DNA of 64,000 nt, taken from Paragordius varius. Lineage: Eukaryota > Animalia > Nematomorpha. The stretch covers positions 13,764,001 to 13,828,000 of the forward strand of contig OZ176053.1 of assembly GCA_964247055.1 (NCBI GenBank), written 5' to 3'. The notes under the pieces were generated by a model that had not been told where the DNA came from, did no database searches, and worked only from the letters and a program-made list of their open reading frames with translations. The first letter of the stretch is position 1. Each line of letters begins with the position of its first letter. Positions 45,482 through 58,840 of the stretch are shown piece after piece. The position numbers and the translations under genes were made by a program.

Positions 45482-46770
45482 CCGGCGACTAATATCCGAT
45501 TTTTAAGGAAGTTTAACTTGCTTATTGTCGTATGCTAAATTATACATTAATTTTTAAAGTATCGCTCTAAAAATCAGATATTAAAGAGTTTGTCAAACTA
45601 TCTCGATATTTTGATGTAGTCTTAATAAGAGAATGTATAAAAAATAATTTTGTTCACCAGTGACCAATATCCGATTTTTAACGACAAAGTTTAACTTGAG
45701 TATTGATACGACTAGTTTTATACATTAATTTTTAAAGTATCGTTGTAAAAATCGGATATGAAAGAGTTTGTCAAACTATCTCTATATTTTCATGTAGTCT
45801 TACTAAGAGAATGTATAAAAAATAATTTTGTTCACCGGTGACCAATATCCGATTTTTAAGGACAAAGTTTATGAGTATTGATGCGATTAGTTTTATACAT
45901 TAATTTTAAAAGTATCGTTGTAAAAATCGGATATGAAAGAGTTTGTCAAACTATCTCTATATTTTGATGTAGTCTTACTAAGAGAATGTATAAAAAATAG
46001 TTTTGTTCACCGGTGACCAATATCCGATTTTTGACAAAGTTTAACTTGAGTATTGATGCGACTAGTTTTATACATTAATTTTTAAAGTATCGTTGTAAAA
46101 ATCGGATATGAAAGAGTTTGTCCAACTATCTCTATATTTTGATGTAGTCTTAATAAGAGAATGTATAAAAAATAATTTTGTTCGAGACCAATATCCGATT
46201 TTTAAGGACAAAGTTTAACTTGAGTATTGATGCGATTAGTTTTATACATTAATTTTCAAAGTATCGTTGTAAAAATCGGATATGAAAGAGTTAGTCAAAC
46301 TATTTCTATATTTTGATGTAGTGTTACTAAAAGAATGTATAAAAATAATTTTGTTCACCGGAGACCAATATCCGATTTTTAAGGACAAAGTTTAACTTGC
46401 TTATTGTCGTATGCTAAATTATACATTAATTTTTAAAGTATCGCTCTAAAAATCAGATATTATAGAGTTTGTCAAACTATCTCTATATTTTGATGTAGTC
46501 TTAATAAGAGAATGTATAAAAAATAATTTTGTTCACCGATCCCCAATATCCGTTTTTTAAGGACAAAGTTTAACTTGAGTATTGATACGACTAGTTTTAT
46601 GCATTAATTTTTAAAGTATCGTTGTAAAAATCGGATATGAAAGAGTTTATCAAACTATCTCTATATTTTGATGTAGTCTTACTAAGAGAATGTATAAAAA
46701 ATAATTTTGTTCACCGGTGACCAATATCCGATTTTTAAGGACAAAGTTTAACTTGAGTATTGATGCGACT
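45482..46770 (-). repeat. Inverted satellite, about 7 monomers of the domain-A family (domain B; right edge approximate)
   Basis: The sequence from 45482 (ccggcgactaatatccg...) is the reverse complement of the monomer. It includes class-b monomers (ttattgtcgtatgctaaa near 45522 and 46401) and markers otherwise seen only in domain A. Confidence 0.9.
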
Positions 46771-49700
46771 AGTTTAATACATTAATTTTTAAAGTATCGT
46801 TGTAAAAATCGGATATGAAAGAGTTTGGCAAACTATTTCTATATTTTGATGTAGTCTTACTAAGAGAATGTATAAAAAATTATTTTGTTCACCGGTGACC
46901 AATATCCGATTTTTAAGGACAAAGTTTAACTTGAATATTGATGCGACTAGTTTAATACATTAATTTTTAAAGTATCGTTGTAAAAATCGGATATGAAAGA
47001 GTTTGTCAAACTATCTCTATATTTTGATGTAGTCTTGCTAAGAGAATGTATAAAAAATAATTTTGTTCACCGGTGACCAATATCAGATTTTTAAGGACAA
47101 AGTTTAACTTGAGTATTGATGCGACTAGTTTAATACATTAATTTTTAAAGTATCGTTGTAAAAATCGGATATGAAAGAGTTTGTCAAACTATCTCTATAT
47201 TTTGATGTAGTCTTGCTAAGAGAATATATAAAAAATAATTTTGTTCACCGGTGACCAATATCCGATATTTAAGGACAAAGTTTAATTTGAGTATTGATGC
47301 GACTAGTTTAATACATTAATTTTTAAAGTATCGTTGTAAAAATCGGATATGAAAGAGTTTGTCAAACTATCTCTATTTTGATGTAGTCTTACTAAGAGAA
47401 TGTATAAAAAATTATTTTGTTCACCGGTGACCAATATCCGATTTTTAAGGACAAAGTTAACTTGAGTATTGATGCGACTAGTTTAATACATTAATTTTTA
47501 AAGTATCGTTGTAAAAATCGGATATGAAAGAGTTTGTCAAACTATCTCTATATTTTGATGTGGTCCTACTAAGAGAATGTATAAAAAATAATTTTGTTCA
47601 CCGGTGACCAATATTCGATTTTTAAGGACAAAGTTTAACTTGAGTATTGAAAGGATTTATTGATACAACTAGTTTTATACATTAATTTTTAAAGTATCGT
47701 TGTAAAAATCGGATATGAAAGAGTTTGTCAAACTATCTCTATATTTTGATGTATTCTTGTGAAGAGAATATATAAAAAATAATTTTGTTCACCGGTGACC
47801 AATATCCGATTTTTAAGGACAAAGTTTAATTTGAGTATTGATGCGACTAGTTTAATACATTAATTTTTAAAGTATCGTTGTAAAAATCGGATATGAAAGA
47901 GTTTGTCAAACTATTTCTATATTTTGATGTAGTCTTACTAAGAGAATGTATAAAAAATTATTTTGTTCACCGGTGAACAATATCCGATTTTTAAGGACAA
48001 ATATTAACTTGAGTATTGATGCGACTGGTGTAATACCATAATTTTTAAAGTATCGTTGTAAAAATCGGATATGAAAGAGTTTGTCAAACTATCTCTATAT
48101 TTTGATGTAGTCTTACTAAGAGAATGTATAAAAAATTATTTTGTTTACCGGTGACCAATATCCGATTTTTAAGGACAAAGTTTAACTAGAGTATTGATGC
48201 GACTTATTGATTCGACTAGTTTTATACATTAATTTATAAAGTATCGTTGTAAAAATCGGATATGAAAGAGTTTGTCAAACTATCTCTATATTTTGATGTA
48301 GTCTTGCTAAGAGAATGTATAAAAAATAATTTTGTTCACCGGTGACCAATATCAGATTTTTAAGGACAAAGTTTAACTTGAGTATTGATGCGATTAGTTT
48401 AATACATTAATTTTTAAAGTATCGTTGTAAAAATCGGATATGAAAGAGTTTGTCAAACTATCTCTATATTTTGATGTAGTCTTGCTAAGAGAATATATAA
48501 AAAATAATTTTGTTCACCGGTGACCAATATCCGATATTTAAGGACAAAGTTTAATTTGAGTATTGATGCGACTAGTTTAATACATTAATTTTTAAAGTAT
48601 CGTTGTAAAAATCGGATATGAAAGAGTTTGTCAAACTATCTCTATGTTTTGATGTAGTCTTGCTAAGAGAATGTATAAAAAATAATTTTGTTCACCGGTG
48701 ACCAATATCAGATTTTTAAGGACAAAGTTTAACTTGAGTATTGATGCGACTAGTTTAATACATTAATTTTTAAAGTATCGTTGTAAAAATCGGATATGAA
48801 AGAGTTTGTCAAACTATCTCTATATTTTGATGTAGTCTTGCTAAGAGAATGTATAAAAAATAATTTTGTTCACCGGTGACCAATATCAGATTTTTAAGGA
48901 CAAAGTTTAACTTGAGTATTGATGCGACTAGTTTAATACATTAATTTTTAAAGTATCGTTGTAAAAATCGGATATGAAAGAGTTTGTCAAACTATCTCTA
49001 TATTTTGATGTAGTCTTGCTAAGAGAATATATAAAAAATAATTTTGTTCACCGGTGACCAATATCCGATATTTAAGGACAAAGTTTAATTTGAGTATTGA
49101 TGCGACTAGTTTAATACATTAATTTTTAAAGTATCGTTGTAAAAATCGGATATGAAAGAGTTTGTCAAACTATCTCTATTTTGATGTAGTCTTACTAAGA
49201 GAATGTATAAAAAATTATTTTGTTCACCGGTGACCAATATCCGATTTTTAAGGACAAAGTTTAACTAGAGTATTGATGCGACTTATTGATACGACTAGTT
49301 TTATACATTAATTTATAAAGTATCGTTGTAAAAATCGGATATGAAAGAGTTTGTGAAACTATCTCTATATTTTGATGTAGTCTTGCTAATGTATAAAAAA
49401 TAATTTTGTTCACCGGTGACCAATATCCGATTTTTAAGGACAAAGTTTAACTTGAGTATTGATGCGACTAGTTTAATACATTAATTTTTAAAGTATCGTT
49501 GTAAAAATCGGATATGAAAGAGTTTGGCAAACTATTTCTATATTTTGATGTAGTCTTACTAAGAGAATGTATAAAAAATTATTTTGTTCACCGGTGACCA
49601 ATATCCGATTTTTAAGGACAAAGTTTAACTTGAATATTGATGCGACTAGTTTAATACATTAATTTTTAAAGTATCGTTGTAAAAATCGGATATGAAAGAG

Positions 49701-52700
49701 TTTGTCAAACTATCTCTATATTTTGATGTAGTCTTGCGAAGAGAATGTATAAAAAATAATTTTGTTCACCGGTGACCAATATCCGATTTTTAAGGACAAA
49801 GTTTAACTTGAGTATTGATGCGACTAGTTTAATACATTAATTTTTAAAGTATCGTTGTAAAAACCGGATATGAAAGAGTTTGTCAAACTATCTCTATATT
49901 TTGATGTAGTCTTACTAAGAGAATGTATAAAAAATTATTTTGTTCACCGGTGACCAATATCCGATTTTTAAGGACAAAGTTAACTTGAGTATTGATGCGA
50001 CTAGTTTAATACATTAATTTTTAAAGTATCGTTGTAAAAATCGGATATGAAAGAGTTTGTCAAACTATCTCTATATTTTGATGTGGTCTTACTAAGAGAA
50101 TGTATAAAAAATAATTTTGTTCACCGGTGACCAATATTCGATTTTTAAGGACAAAGTTTAACTTGAGTATTGAAGCGATTTATTGATACAACTAGTTTTA
50201 TACATTAATTTTTAAAGTATCGTTGTAAAAATCGGATATGAAAGAGTTTGTCAAACTATCTCTATATTTTGATGTAGTAATGTGAAGAGAATATATAAAA
50301 AATAATTTTGTTCACCGGTGACCAATATCCGATTTTTAAGGACAAAGTTTAATTTGAGTATTGATGCGACTAGTTTAATACATTAATTTTTAAAGTATCG
50401 TTGTAAAAATCGGATATGAAAGAGTTTGTCAAACTATTTCTATATTTTGATGTAGTCTTACTAAGAGAATGTATAAAAAATTATTTTGTTCACCGGTGAA
50501 CAATATCCGATTTTTAAGGACAAAGTTTAACTTGAGTATTGATGCGACTGGTTTAATACCATAATTTTTAAAGTATCGTTGTAAAAATCGGATATGAAAG
50601 AGTTTGTCAAACTATCTCTATATTTTGATGTAGTCTTACTAAGAGAATGTATAAAAAATTATTTTGTTCACCGGTGTCCAATATCCGATTTTTAAGGACA
50701 AAGTTTACCTTGAGTATTGATGCGACTGGTTTAATACCATAATTTTTAAAGTATCGTTGTAAAAATCGGATATGAAAGAGTTTGTCAAACTATCTCTATA
50801 TTTTGATGTAGTCTTACTAAGAGAATGTATAAAAAATTATTTTGTTCACCGGTGACCAATATCCGATTTTTAAGGACAAAGTTTAACTAGAGTATTGATG
50901 CGACTTATTGATTCGACTAGTTTTATACATTAATTTATAAAGTATCGTTGTAAAAATCGGATATGAAAGAGTTTGTCAAACTATCTCTATATTTTGATGT
51001 AGTCTTAATAAGAGAATGTATAAAAAATTATTTTGTTCACCGGTGACCAATATCCGATTTTTAAGGACAAAGTTTAACTAGAGTATTGATGCGACTTATT
51101 GATACGACTAGTTTTATACATTAATTTATAAAGTATCGTTGTAAAAATCGGATATGAAAGAGTTTGTCAAACTATCTCTATATTTTGATGTAGTCTTACT
51201 AAGAGAATGTATAAAAAATTATTTTGTTCACCGATGACCAATATCCGATTTTTAAGGACAAAGTTTACCTTGAGTATTGATGCGACTGGTTTAATACCAT
51301 AATTTTTAAAGTATCGTTGTAAAAATCGGATATGAAAGAGTTTGTCAAACTATCTCCATATTTTGATGTAGTCTTACTAAGAGAATGTATAAAAAATTAT
51401 TTTGTTCACCGGTGACCAATATCCGATTTTTAAGGACAAAGTTTAACTAGAGAATTGATGCGACTTATTGATTCGACTAGTTTTATACATTAATTTATAA
51501 AGTATCGTTGTAAAAATCGGATATGAAAGAGTTTGTCAAACTATCTCTATATTTTGATGTAGTCTTGCTAAGAGAATGTATAAAAAATAATTTTGTTCAC
51601 CGGTGACCAATATCCGATTTTTAAGGACAAAGTTTAACTTGAGTATTGATGCGACTAGTTTAATACATTAATTTTTAAAGTATCGTTGTAAAAATCGGAT
51701 ATGAAAGAGTTTGTCAAACTATCTCTATATTTTGATGTGGTCTTACTAAGAGAATGTATAAAAAATAATTTTGTTCACCGGTGACGAATATTCGATTTTT
51801 AAGGACAAAGTTTAACTTGAGTATTGAAGCGATTTATTGATACGACTAGTTTTATACATTAATTTTTTAAAGTATCGTTTTAAAAATCGGATATGAAAGA
51901 GTTTGTCAAACTATCTCTATATTTTGTAGTCTTGCTAAGAGAATGTATAAAAAATAATTTTGTTCACCGGTGACCAATATCCGATTTTTAAGGACAAAGT
52001 TTAACTTGAGTATTGATGCGACTAGTTTAATACATTAATTTTTAAAGTATCGTTGTAAAAATCGGATATGAAAGAGTTTGCCAAACTATCTCTATATTTT
52101 GATGTAGTCCTACTAAGAGAATGTATAAAAAATAATTTGGTTCACCAGTGACCAATATCCGATTTTTAAGGACAAAGTTTAACTTGAGTATTGATGCGAT
52201 TTATTGATACGACTAGTTTTTTACATTAATTTTTAAAGTATCGTTGTAAAAATCGGATATGAAAGAGTTTGTCAAACTATCTCTATATTTTGATGTAGTC
52301 TTGCTAAGAGAATGTATATAAAATAATTTTGTTCAGCGGTGACCAAAATCCGATTTTTAAGGACAAAGTTTAACTTGAGTATTGATGCGACTAGTTTAAC
52401 ACATGAATTTTTAAAGTATCGTTGTAAAAATCAAATATGAAAGAGTTTGTCAAACTATCTCTATATTTTGATGTAGTCTTACTAAGAAAATGTATAAAAA
52501 ATAATTTTGTTCACCGGTGACCAATATTCGATTTTTAACGACAAAGTTTAACTTGAGTATTGATGCGACTAGTTTAACACATTAATTTTTAAAATATCGT
52601 TGTAAAAATCGGATATGAAAGAGTTTGTCAAACTATTTCTATATTTTGATGTAGTCTTACTAAGAGAATGTATAAAAAATTATTTTGTTCACCGGTGACC

Positions 52701-53949
52701 AATATCCGATTTTTAAGGACAAAGTTTAACTTGAGTATTGATGCGACTAGTTTAATACATTAATTTTTAAAGTATCGTTGTAAAAATCGGATATGAAAGA
52801 GTTTGTCAAACTATCTATATATTTTGATGTAGTCTTACTAAGAGAATGTATAAAAAATAATTTTGTTCACCGGTGACCAATATCCGATTTTTAAGGACAA
52901 AGTTTAACTTGAGTATTGATGCGACTTGTTTAACACATTAATTTTTAAAATATCGTTGTAAAAATCGGATATGAAAGAGTTTGTCAAACTATATCTATAT
53001 TTTGATGTAGTCTTACTAAGAAAATGTATAAAAAATAATTTTGTTCACCTGTGACCAATATTCGATTTTTAAGGACAAAGTTTAACTTGAGTATTGATGC
53101 GACTAGTTTTATACATTAATTTTTAAGTATCGTTGTAAAAATCGGATATGAAAGAGTTTGCCAAACTATCTCTATATTTTGATATAGTCCTACTAAGAGA
53201 ATGTATAAAAAATAATTTTGTTCACCGGTGACCAATATCCGATTTTTAAGGACAAAGTTTAACTTGAGTATTGATGCGATTTATTGATACGACTAGTTTT
53301 ATACATTAATTTTTAAAGTATCGTTGTAAAAATCGGATATGAAAGAGTTTGTCAAACTATCTCTATATTTTGATGTAGTCTTGCTAAGAGAATGTATAAA
53401 AAATAATTTTGTTCACCGGTGACCAATATCCGATTTTTAAGGACAAAGTTTAACTTGAGTATTGATGCGACTAGTTTAATACATTAATTTTTAAAGTATC
53501 GTTGTAAAAACCGGATATGAAAGAGTTTGTCAAACTATCTCTATATTTTGAAGTCTTGCTAAGAGAATATATAAAAAATAATTTTGTTCACCGGTGACCA
53601 ATATCCGATTTTTAAGGACAAAGTTTAATTTGAGTATTGATGCGACTAGTTTAATACATTAATTTTTAAAGTATCGTTGTAAAAATCGGATATGAAAGAG
53701 TTTGTCAAACTATTTCTATATTTTGATGTAGTCTTACTAAGAGAATGTATAAAAAATTATTTTGTTCACCGGTGACCAATATCCGATTTTTAAGGACAAA
53801 GTTTAACTTGAGTATTGATGCGACTGGTTTTATACCATAATTTTTAAAGTATCGTTGTAAAAATCGGATATGAAAGAGTTTGTCAAATTATCTCTATATT
53901 TTGATGTAGTCTTACTAAGAGAATGTATAAAAAATTATTTTGTTCACCG

Positions 53950-55300
53950 GTGACCAATATCCGATTTTTAAGGACAAAGTTTAACTAGAGTATTGATGCG
54001 ACTTATTGATTCGACTAGTTTTATACATTAATTTATAAAGTATCGTTGTAAAAATTGGATATGAAAGAGTTTGTCAAACTATCTCTATATATTGATGTAG
54101 TCTTGCTAAGAGAATGTATAAAAAATAATTTTGTTCACCGGTGACCAATATCCGATATTTAAGGACAAAGTTTAATTTGAGTATTGATGCGACTAGTTTA
54201 ATACATTAATTTTTAAAGTATCGTTGTAAAAATCGGATATGAAAGAGTTTGTCAAACTATCTCTATATTTTGATGTAGTCTTGCTAAGAGAATATATAAA
54301 AAATAATTTTGTTCACCGGTGACCAATATCCGATATTTAAGGACAAAGATTAATTTGAGTATTGATGCGACTAGTTTAATACATTAATTTTTAAAGTATC
54401 GTTGTAAAAATCGGATATGAAAGAGTTTGTCAAACTATCTCTATTTTGATATAGTCTTACTAAGAGAATGTATAAAAAATTATTTTGTTCACCGGTGACC
54501 AATATCCGATTTTTAAGGACAAAGTTTAACTAGAGTATTGATGCGACTTATTGATTCGACTAGTTTTATACATTAATTTATAAAGTATCGTTGTAAAAAT
54601 TGGATATGAAAGAGTTTGTCAAACTATCTCTATATATTGATGTAGTCTTGCTAAGAGAATGTATAAAAAATAATTTTGTTCACCGGTGACCAATATCCGA
54701 TATTTAAGGACAAAGTTTAATTTGAGTATTGATGCGACTAGTTTAATACATTAATTTTTAAAGTATCGTTGTAAAAATCGGATATGAAAGAGTTTGTCAA
54801 ACTATCTCTATATTTTGATGTAGTCTTGCTAAGAGAATATATAAAAAATAATTTTGTTCACCGGTGACCAATATCCGATATTTAAGGACAAAGATTAATT
54901 TGAGTATTGATGCGACTAGTTTAATACATTAATTTTTAAAGTATCGTTGTAAAAATCGGATATGAAAGAGTTTGTCAAACTATCTCTATTTTGATATAGT
55001 CTTACTAAGAGAATGTATAAAAAATTATTTTGTTCACCGGTGACCAATATCCGATTTTTAAGGACAAAGTTTAACTAGAGTATTGATGCGACTTATTGAT
55101 TCGACTAGTTTTATACATTAATTTATAAAGTATCGTTGTAAAAATCGGATATGAAAGAGTTTGTCAAACTATCTCTATATATTGATGTAGTCTTGCTAAG
55201 AGAATGTATAAAAAATAATTTTGTTCACCGGTGACCAATATCCGATTTTTAAGGACAAAGTTTAATTTGAGTATTGATGCGACTAGTTTAATACATTAAT
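53950..55300 (-). repeat. Local 3-monomer higher-order repeat (545 bp; edges approximate)
   Basis: aaaattggat at 54056 and 54601 (spacing 545). ctatatattgatg at 54091 and 55181 (spacing 1090). 545 = 3x178 + 13 - 2. Confidence 0.85.
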
Positions 55301-58300
55301 TTTTAAAGTATCGCTGTAAAAATCGGATATGAAAGAGTTTGTCAAACTATCTCTATATTTTGATGTAGTCTTGCTAAGAGAACATATAAAAAATAATTTT
55401 GTTCACCGGTGACCAATATCCGATATTTAAGGACAAAGTTTAATTTGAGTATTGATGCGACTAGTTTAATACATTAATTTTTAAAGTATCGTTGTAAAAA
55501 TCGGATATGAAAGAGTTTGTCAAACTATCTCTATTTTGATGTAGTCTTACTAAGAGAATGTATAAAAAATTATTTTGTTCACCGGTGACCAATATCCGAT
55601 TTTTAAGGACAAAGTTTAACTAGAGTATTGATGCGACTTATTGATACGACTAGTTTTATACATTAATTTATAAAGTATCGTTGTAAAAATCGGATATGAA
55701 AGAGTTTGTCAAACTATCTCTATATTTTGATGTAGTCTTGCTAAGAGAATGTAAAAAAAATAATTTTGTTCACCGGTGACCAATATCCGATTTTTAAGGA
55801 CAAAGTTTAACTTGAGTATTGATGCGACTAGTTTAATACATTAATTTTTAAAGTATCGTTGTAAAAATCGGATATGAAAGAGTTTGGCAAACTATTTCTA
55901 TATTTTGATGTAGTCTTACTAAGAGAATGTATAAAAAATTATTTTGTTCACCGGTGACCAATATCCGATTTTTAAGTACAAAGTTTAACTTGAATATTGA
56001 TGCGACTAGTTTAATACATTTTTTAAAGTATCGTTGTAAAAATCGGATATGAAAGAGTTTGTCAAACTATCTCTATATTTTGATGTAGTCTTGCTAAGAG
56101 AATGTATAAAAAATAATTTTGTTCACCGGTGACCAATATCCGGTTTTTAAGGACAAAGTTTAACTTGAGTATTGATGCGACTAGTTTAATACATTAATTT
56201 TTAAAGTATCGTTGTAAAAACCGGATATGAAAGAGTTTGTCAAACTATCTCTATATTTTGATGTAGTCTTACTAAGAGAATGTATAAAAAATTATTTTGT
56301 TCACCGGTGACCAATATCCGATTTTTAAGGACAAAGTTAACTTGAGTATTGATGCGACTAGTTTAATACATTAATTTTTAAAGTATCGTTGAAAAATCGG
56401 ATATGAAAGAGTTTGTCAAACTATCTCTATATTTTGATGTAGTCTTACTAAGAGAATGTATAAAAAATAATTTTGTTCACCGGTGACCAATATCCGATAT
56501 TTAAGGACAAAGTTTAATTTGAATATTGATGCGACTAGTTTAATACATTAATTTTTAAAGTATCGTTGTAAAAATCGGATATGAAAGAGTTTGTCAAACT
56601 ATCTCTATTTTGATGTAGTCTTACTAAGAGAATGTATAAAAAATTATTTTGTTCACCGGTGACCAATATCCGATTTTTAAGGACAAAGTTTAACTAGAGT
56701 ATTGATGCGACTTATTGATACGACTAGTTTTATACATTAATTTAGAAAGTATCGTTGTAAAAATCGGATATGAAAGAGTTTGTCAAACTATCTCTATATT
56801 TTGATGTAGTCTTGCTAAGAGAATGTATAAAAAATAATTTTGTTCACCGGTGACCAATATCCGATTTTTAAGGACAAAGTTTAACTTGAGTATTGATGCG
56901 ACTAGTTTAATACATTAATTTTTAAAGTATCGTTGTAAAAATCGGATATGAAAGAGTTTGGCAAACTATTTCTATATTTTGATGTAGTCTTACTAAGAGA
57001 ATGTATAAAAAATTATTTTGTTCACCGGTGACCAATATCCGATTTTTAAGGACAAAGTTTAACTTGAATATTGATGCGACTATTTTAATACATTAATTTT
57101 TAAAGTATCGTTGTAAAAATCGGATATGAAAGAGTTTGTCAAACTATCTCTATATTTTGATGTAGTCTTGCTAAGAGAATGTATAAAAAATAATTTTGTT
57201 CACCGGTGACCAATATCCGATTTTTAAGGACAAAGTTTAACTTGAGTATTGATGCGACTAGTTTAATACATTAATTTTTAAAGTATCGTTGTAAAAATCG
57301 GATATGAAAGAGTTTGTCAAACTATTTCTATATTTTGATGTAGTCTTACTAAGAGAATGTATAAAAAATAATTTTGTTCACCGGTGACCAATATCAGATT
57401 TTTAAGGACAAAGTTTAACTTGAGTATTGATGCGACTAGTTTAATACATTAATTTTTAAAGTATCGTAGTAAAAATCGGATATGAAAGAGTTTGTCAAAC
57501 TATCTCTATGTTTTGATGTAGTCTTGCTAAGAGAATATATAAAAAATAATTTTGTTCACCGGTGACCAATATCCGATATTTAAGGACAAAGTTTAATTTG
57601 AGTATTGAGGCGACTAGTTTAATACATTAATTTTTAAAGTATCGTTGTAAAAATCGGATATGAAAGAGTTTGTCAAACTATCTCTATTTTGATGTAGTCT
57701 TGCTAAGAGAATGTATAAAAAATAATTTTGTTCACCGGTGACCAATATCCGATTTTTAAGGACAAAGTTTAACTTGAGTATTGATGCGACTAGTTTAATA
57801 CATTAATTTTTAAAGATCGTTGTAAAAATCGGATATGAAAGAGTTTGGCAAACTATTTCTATATTTTGATGTAGTCTTACTAAGAGAATGTATAAAAAAT
57901 TATTTTGTTCACCGGTGACCAATATCCGATTTTTAAGGACAAAGTTTAACTTGAGTATTGATGCGACTAGTTTAATTTAAAGTATCGTTGTAAAAATCGG
58001 ATATGAAAGAGTTTGTCAAACTATCTCTATATTTTGATGTAGTCTTGCTAAGAGAATGTATAAAAAATAATTTTGTTCACCGGTGACCAATATCCGATTT
58101 TTAAGGACAAAGTTTAACTTGAGTATAGATGCGACTAGTTTAATACATTAATTTTTAAAGTGTCGTTGTAAAAACCGGATATGAAAGAGTTTGTCAAACT
58201 ATCTCTATATTTTGATGTAGTCTTACTAAGAGAATGTATAAAAAATTATTTTGTTCACCGGTGACCAATATCCGATTTTTAAGGACAAAGTTAACTTGAG

Positions 58301-58705
58301 TATTGATGCGACTAGTTTAATACATTAATTTTTAAAGTATCGTTGTAAAAATCGGATATGAAAGAGTTTGTCAAACTATCTCTATATTTTGATGTGGTCT
58401 TACTAAGAGAATGTATAAAATATAATTTTGTTCACCGGTGACCAATATTCGATTTTTAAGGACAAAGTTTAACTTGAGTATTGAAGCGATTTATTGATAC
58501 GACTAGTTTTATACATTAATTTTTAAAGTATCGTTGTAAAAATCGGATATAAAAGAGTTTGTCAAACTATCTCTATATTTTGATGTAGTCTTGCTAAGAG
58601 AATATATAAAAAATAATTTTGTTCACCGGTGACCAATATCCGATTTTTAAGGACAAAGTTTAATTTGAGTATTGATGCGACTAGTTTAATACATTAATTT
58701 TTAAA

Positions 58706-58710
58706 GTATC
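58706..58710. other. Left target-site duplication GTATC
   Basis: GTATC immediately precedes the 5' LTR and recurs at 63381-63385. Removing the element and one copy restores the satellite sequence ttaaagtatcgttgtaaaaatcgg. Confidence 0.97.
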
Positions 58711-58840
58711 TGTTATGTATAATAACTTATTTGTTTTTGTTAACTTAACTCAATTAATCTTATTTTAGTTACCATTGAAAATATAATTTGTGCATAATAC
58801 ACCTTTATACTTGTTACGCTAAAAATGTATATTATCTTGG

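Larger units (their letters stand above)
46771..58710 (-). repeat. Inverted satellite, distinct class-a-only subfamily (domain C), about 67 monomers of 178 or 191 bp
   Basis: Reverse-complement monomers with actagtttaatacatt and gtcttgctaagag at high frequency and a 13-bp insertion (gcgacttattgat[t/a]cgactag). No class-b motif was seen after about 46460. Confidence 0.93.

Noticed and set aside
45200-45760. Fold-back read chimera as the cause of the orientation switch
   Set aside because: The two sides are not mirror images and carry different diagnostic variants. Read-level confirmation is still advisable.
49261-49443. 60-aa ORF in domain C
   Set aside because: It is a chance translation of satellite sequence.
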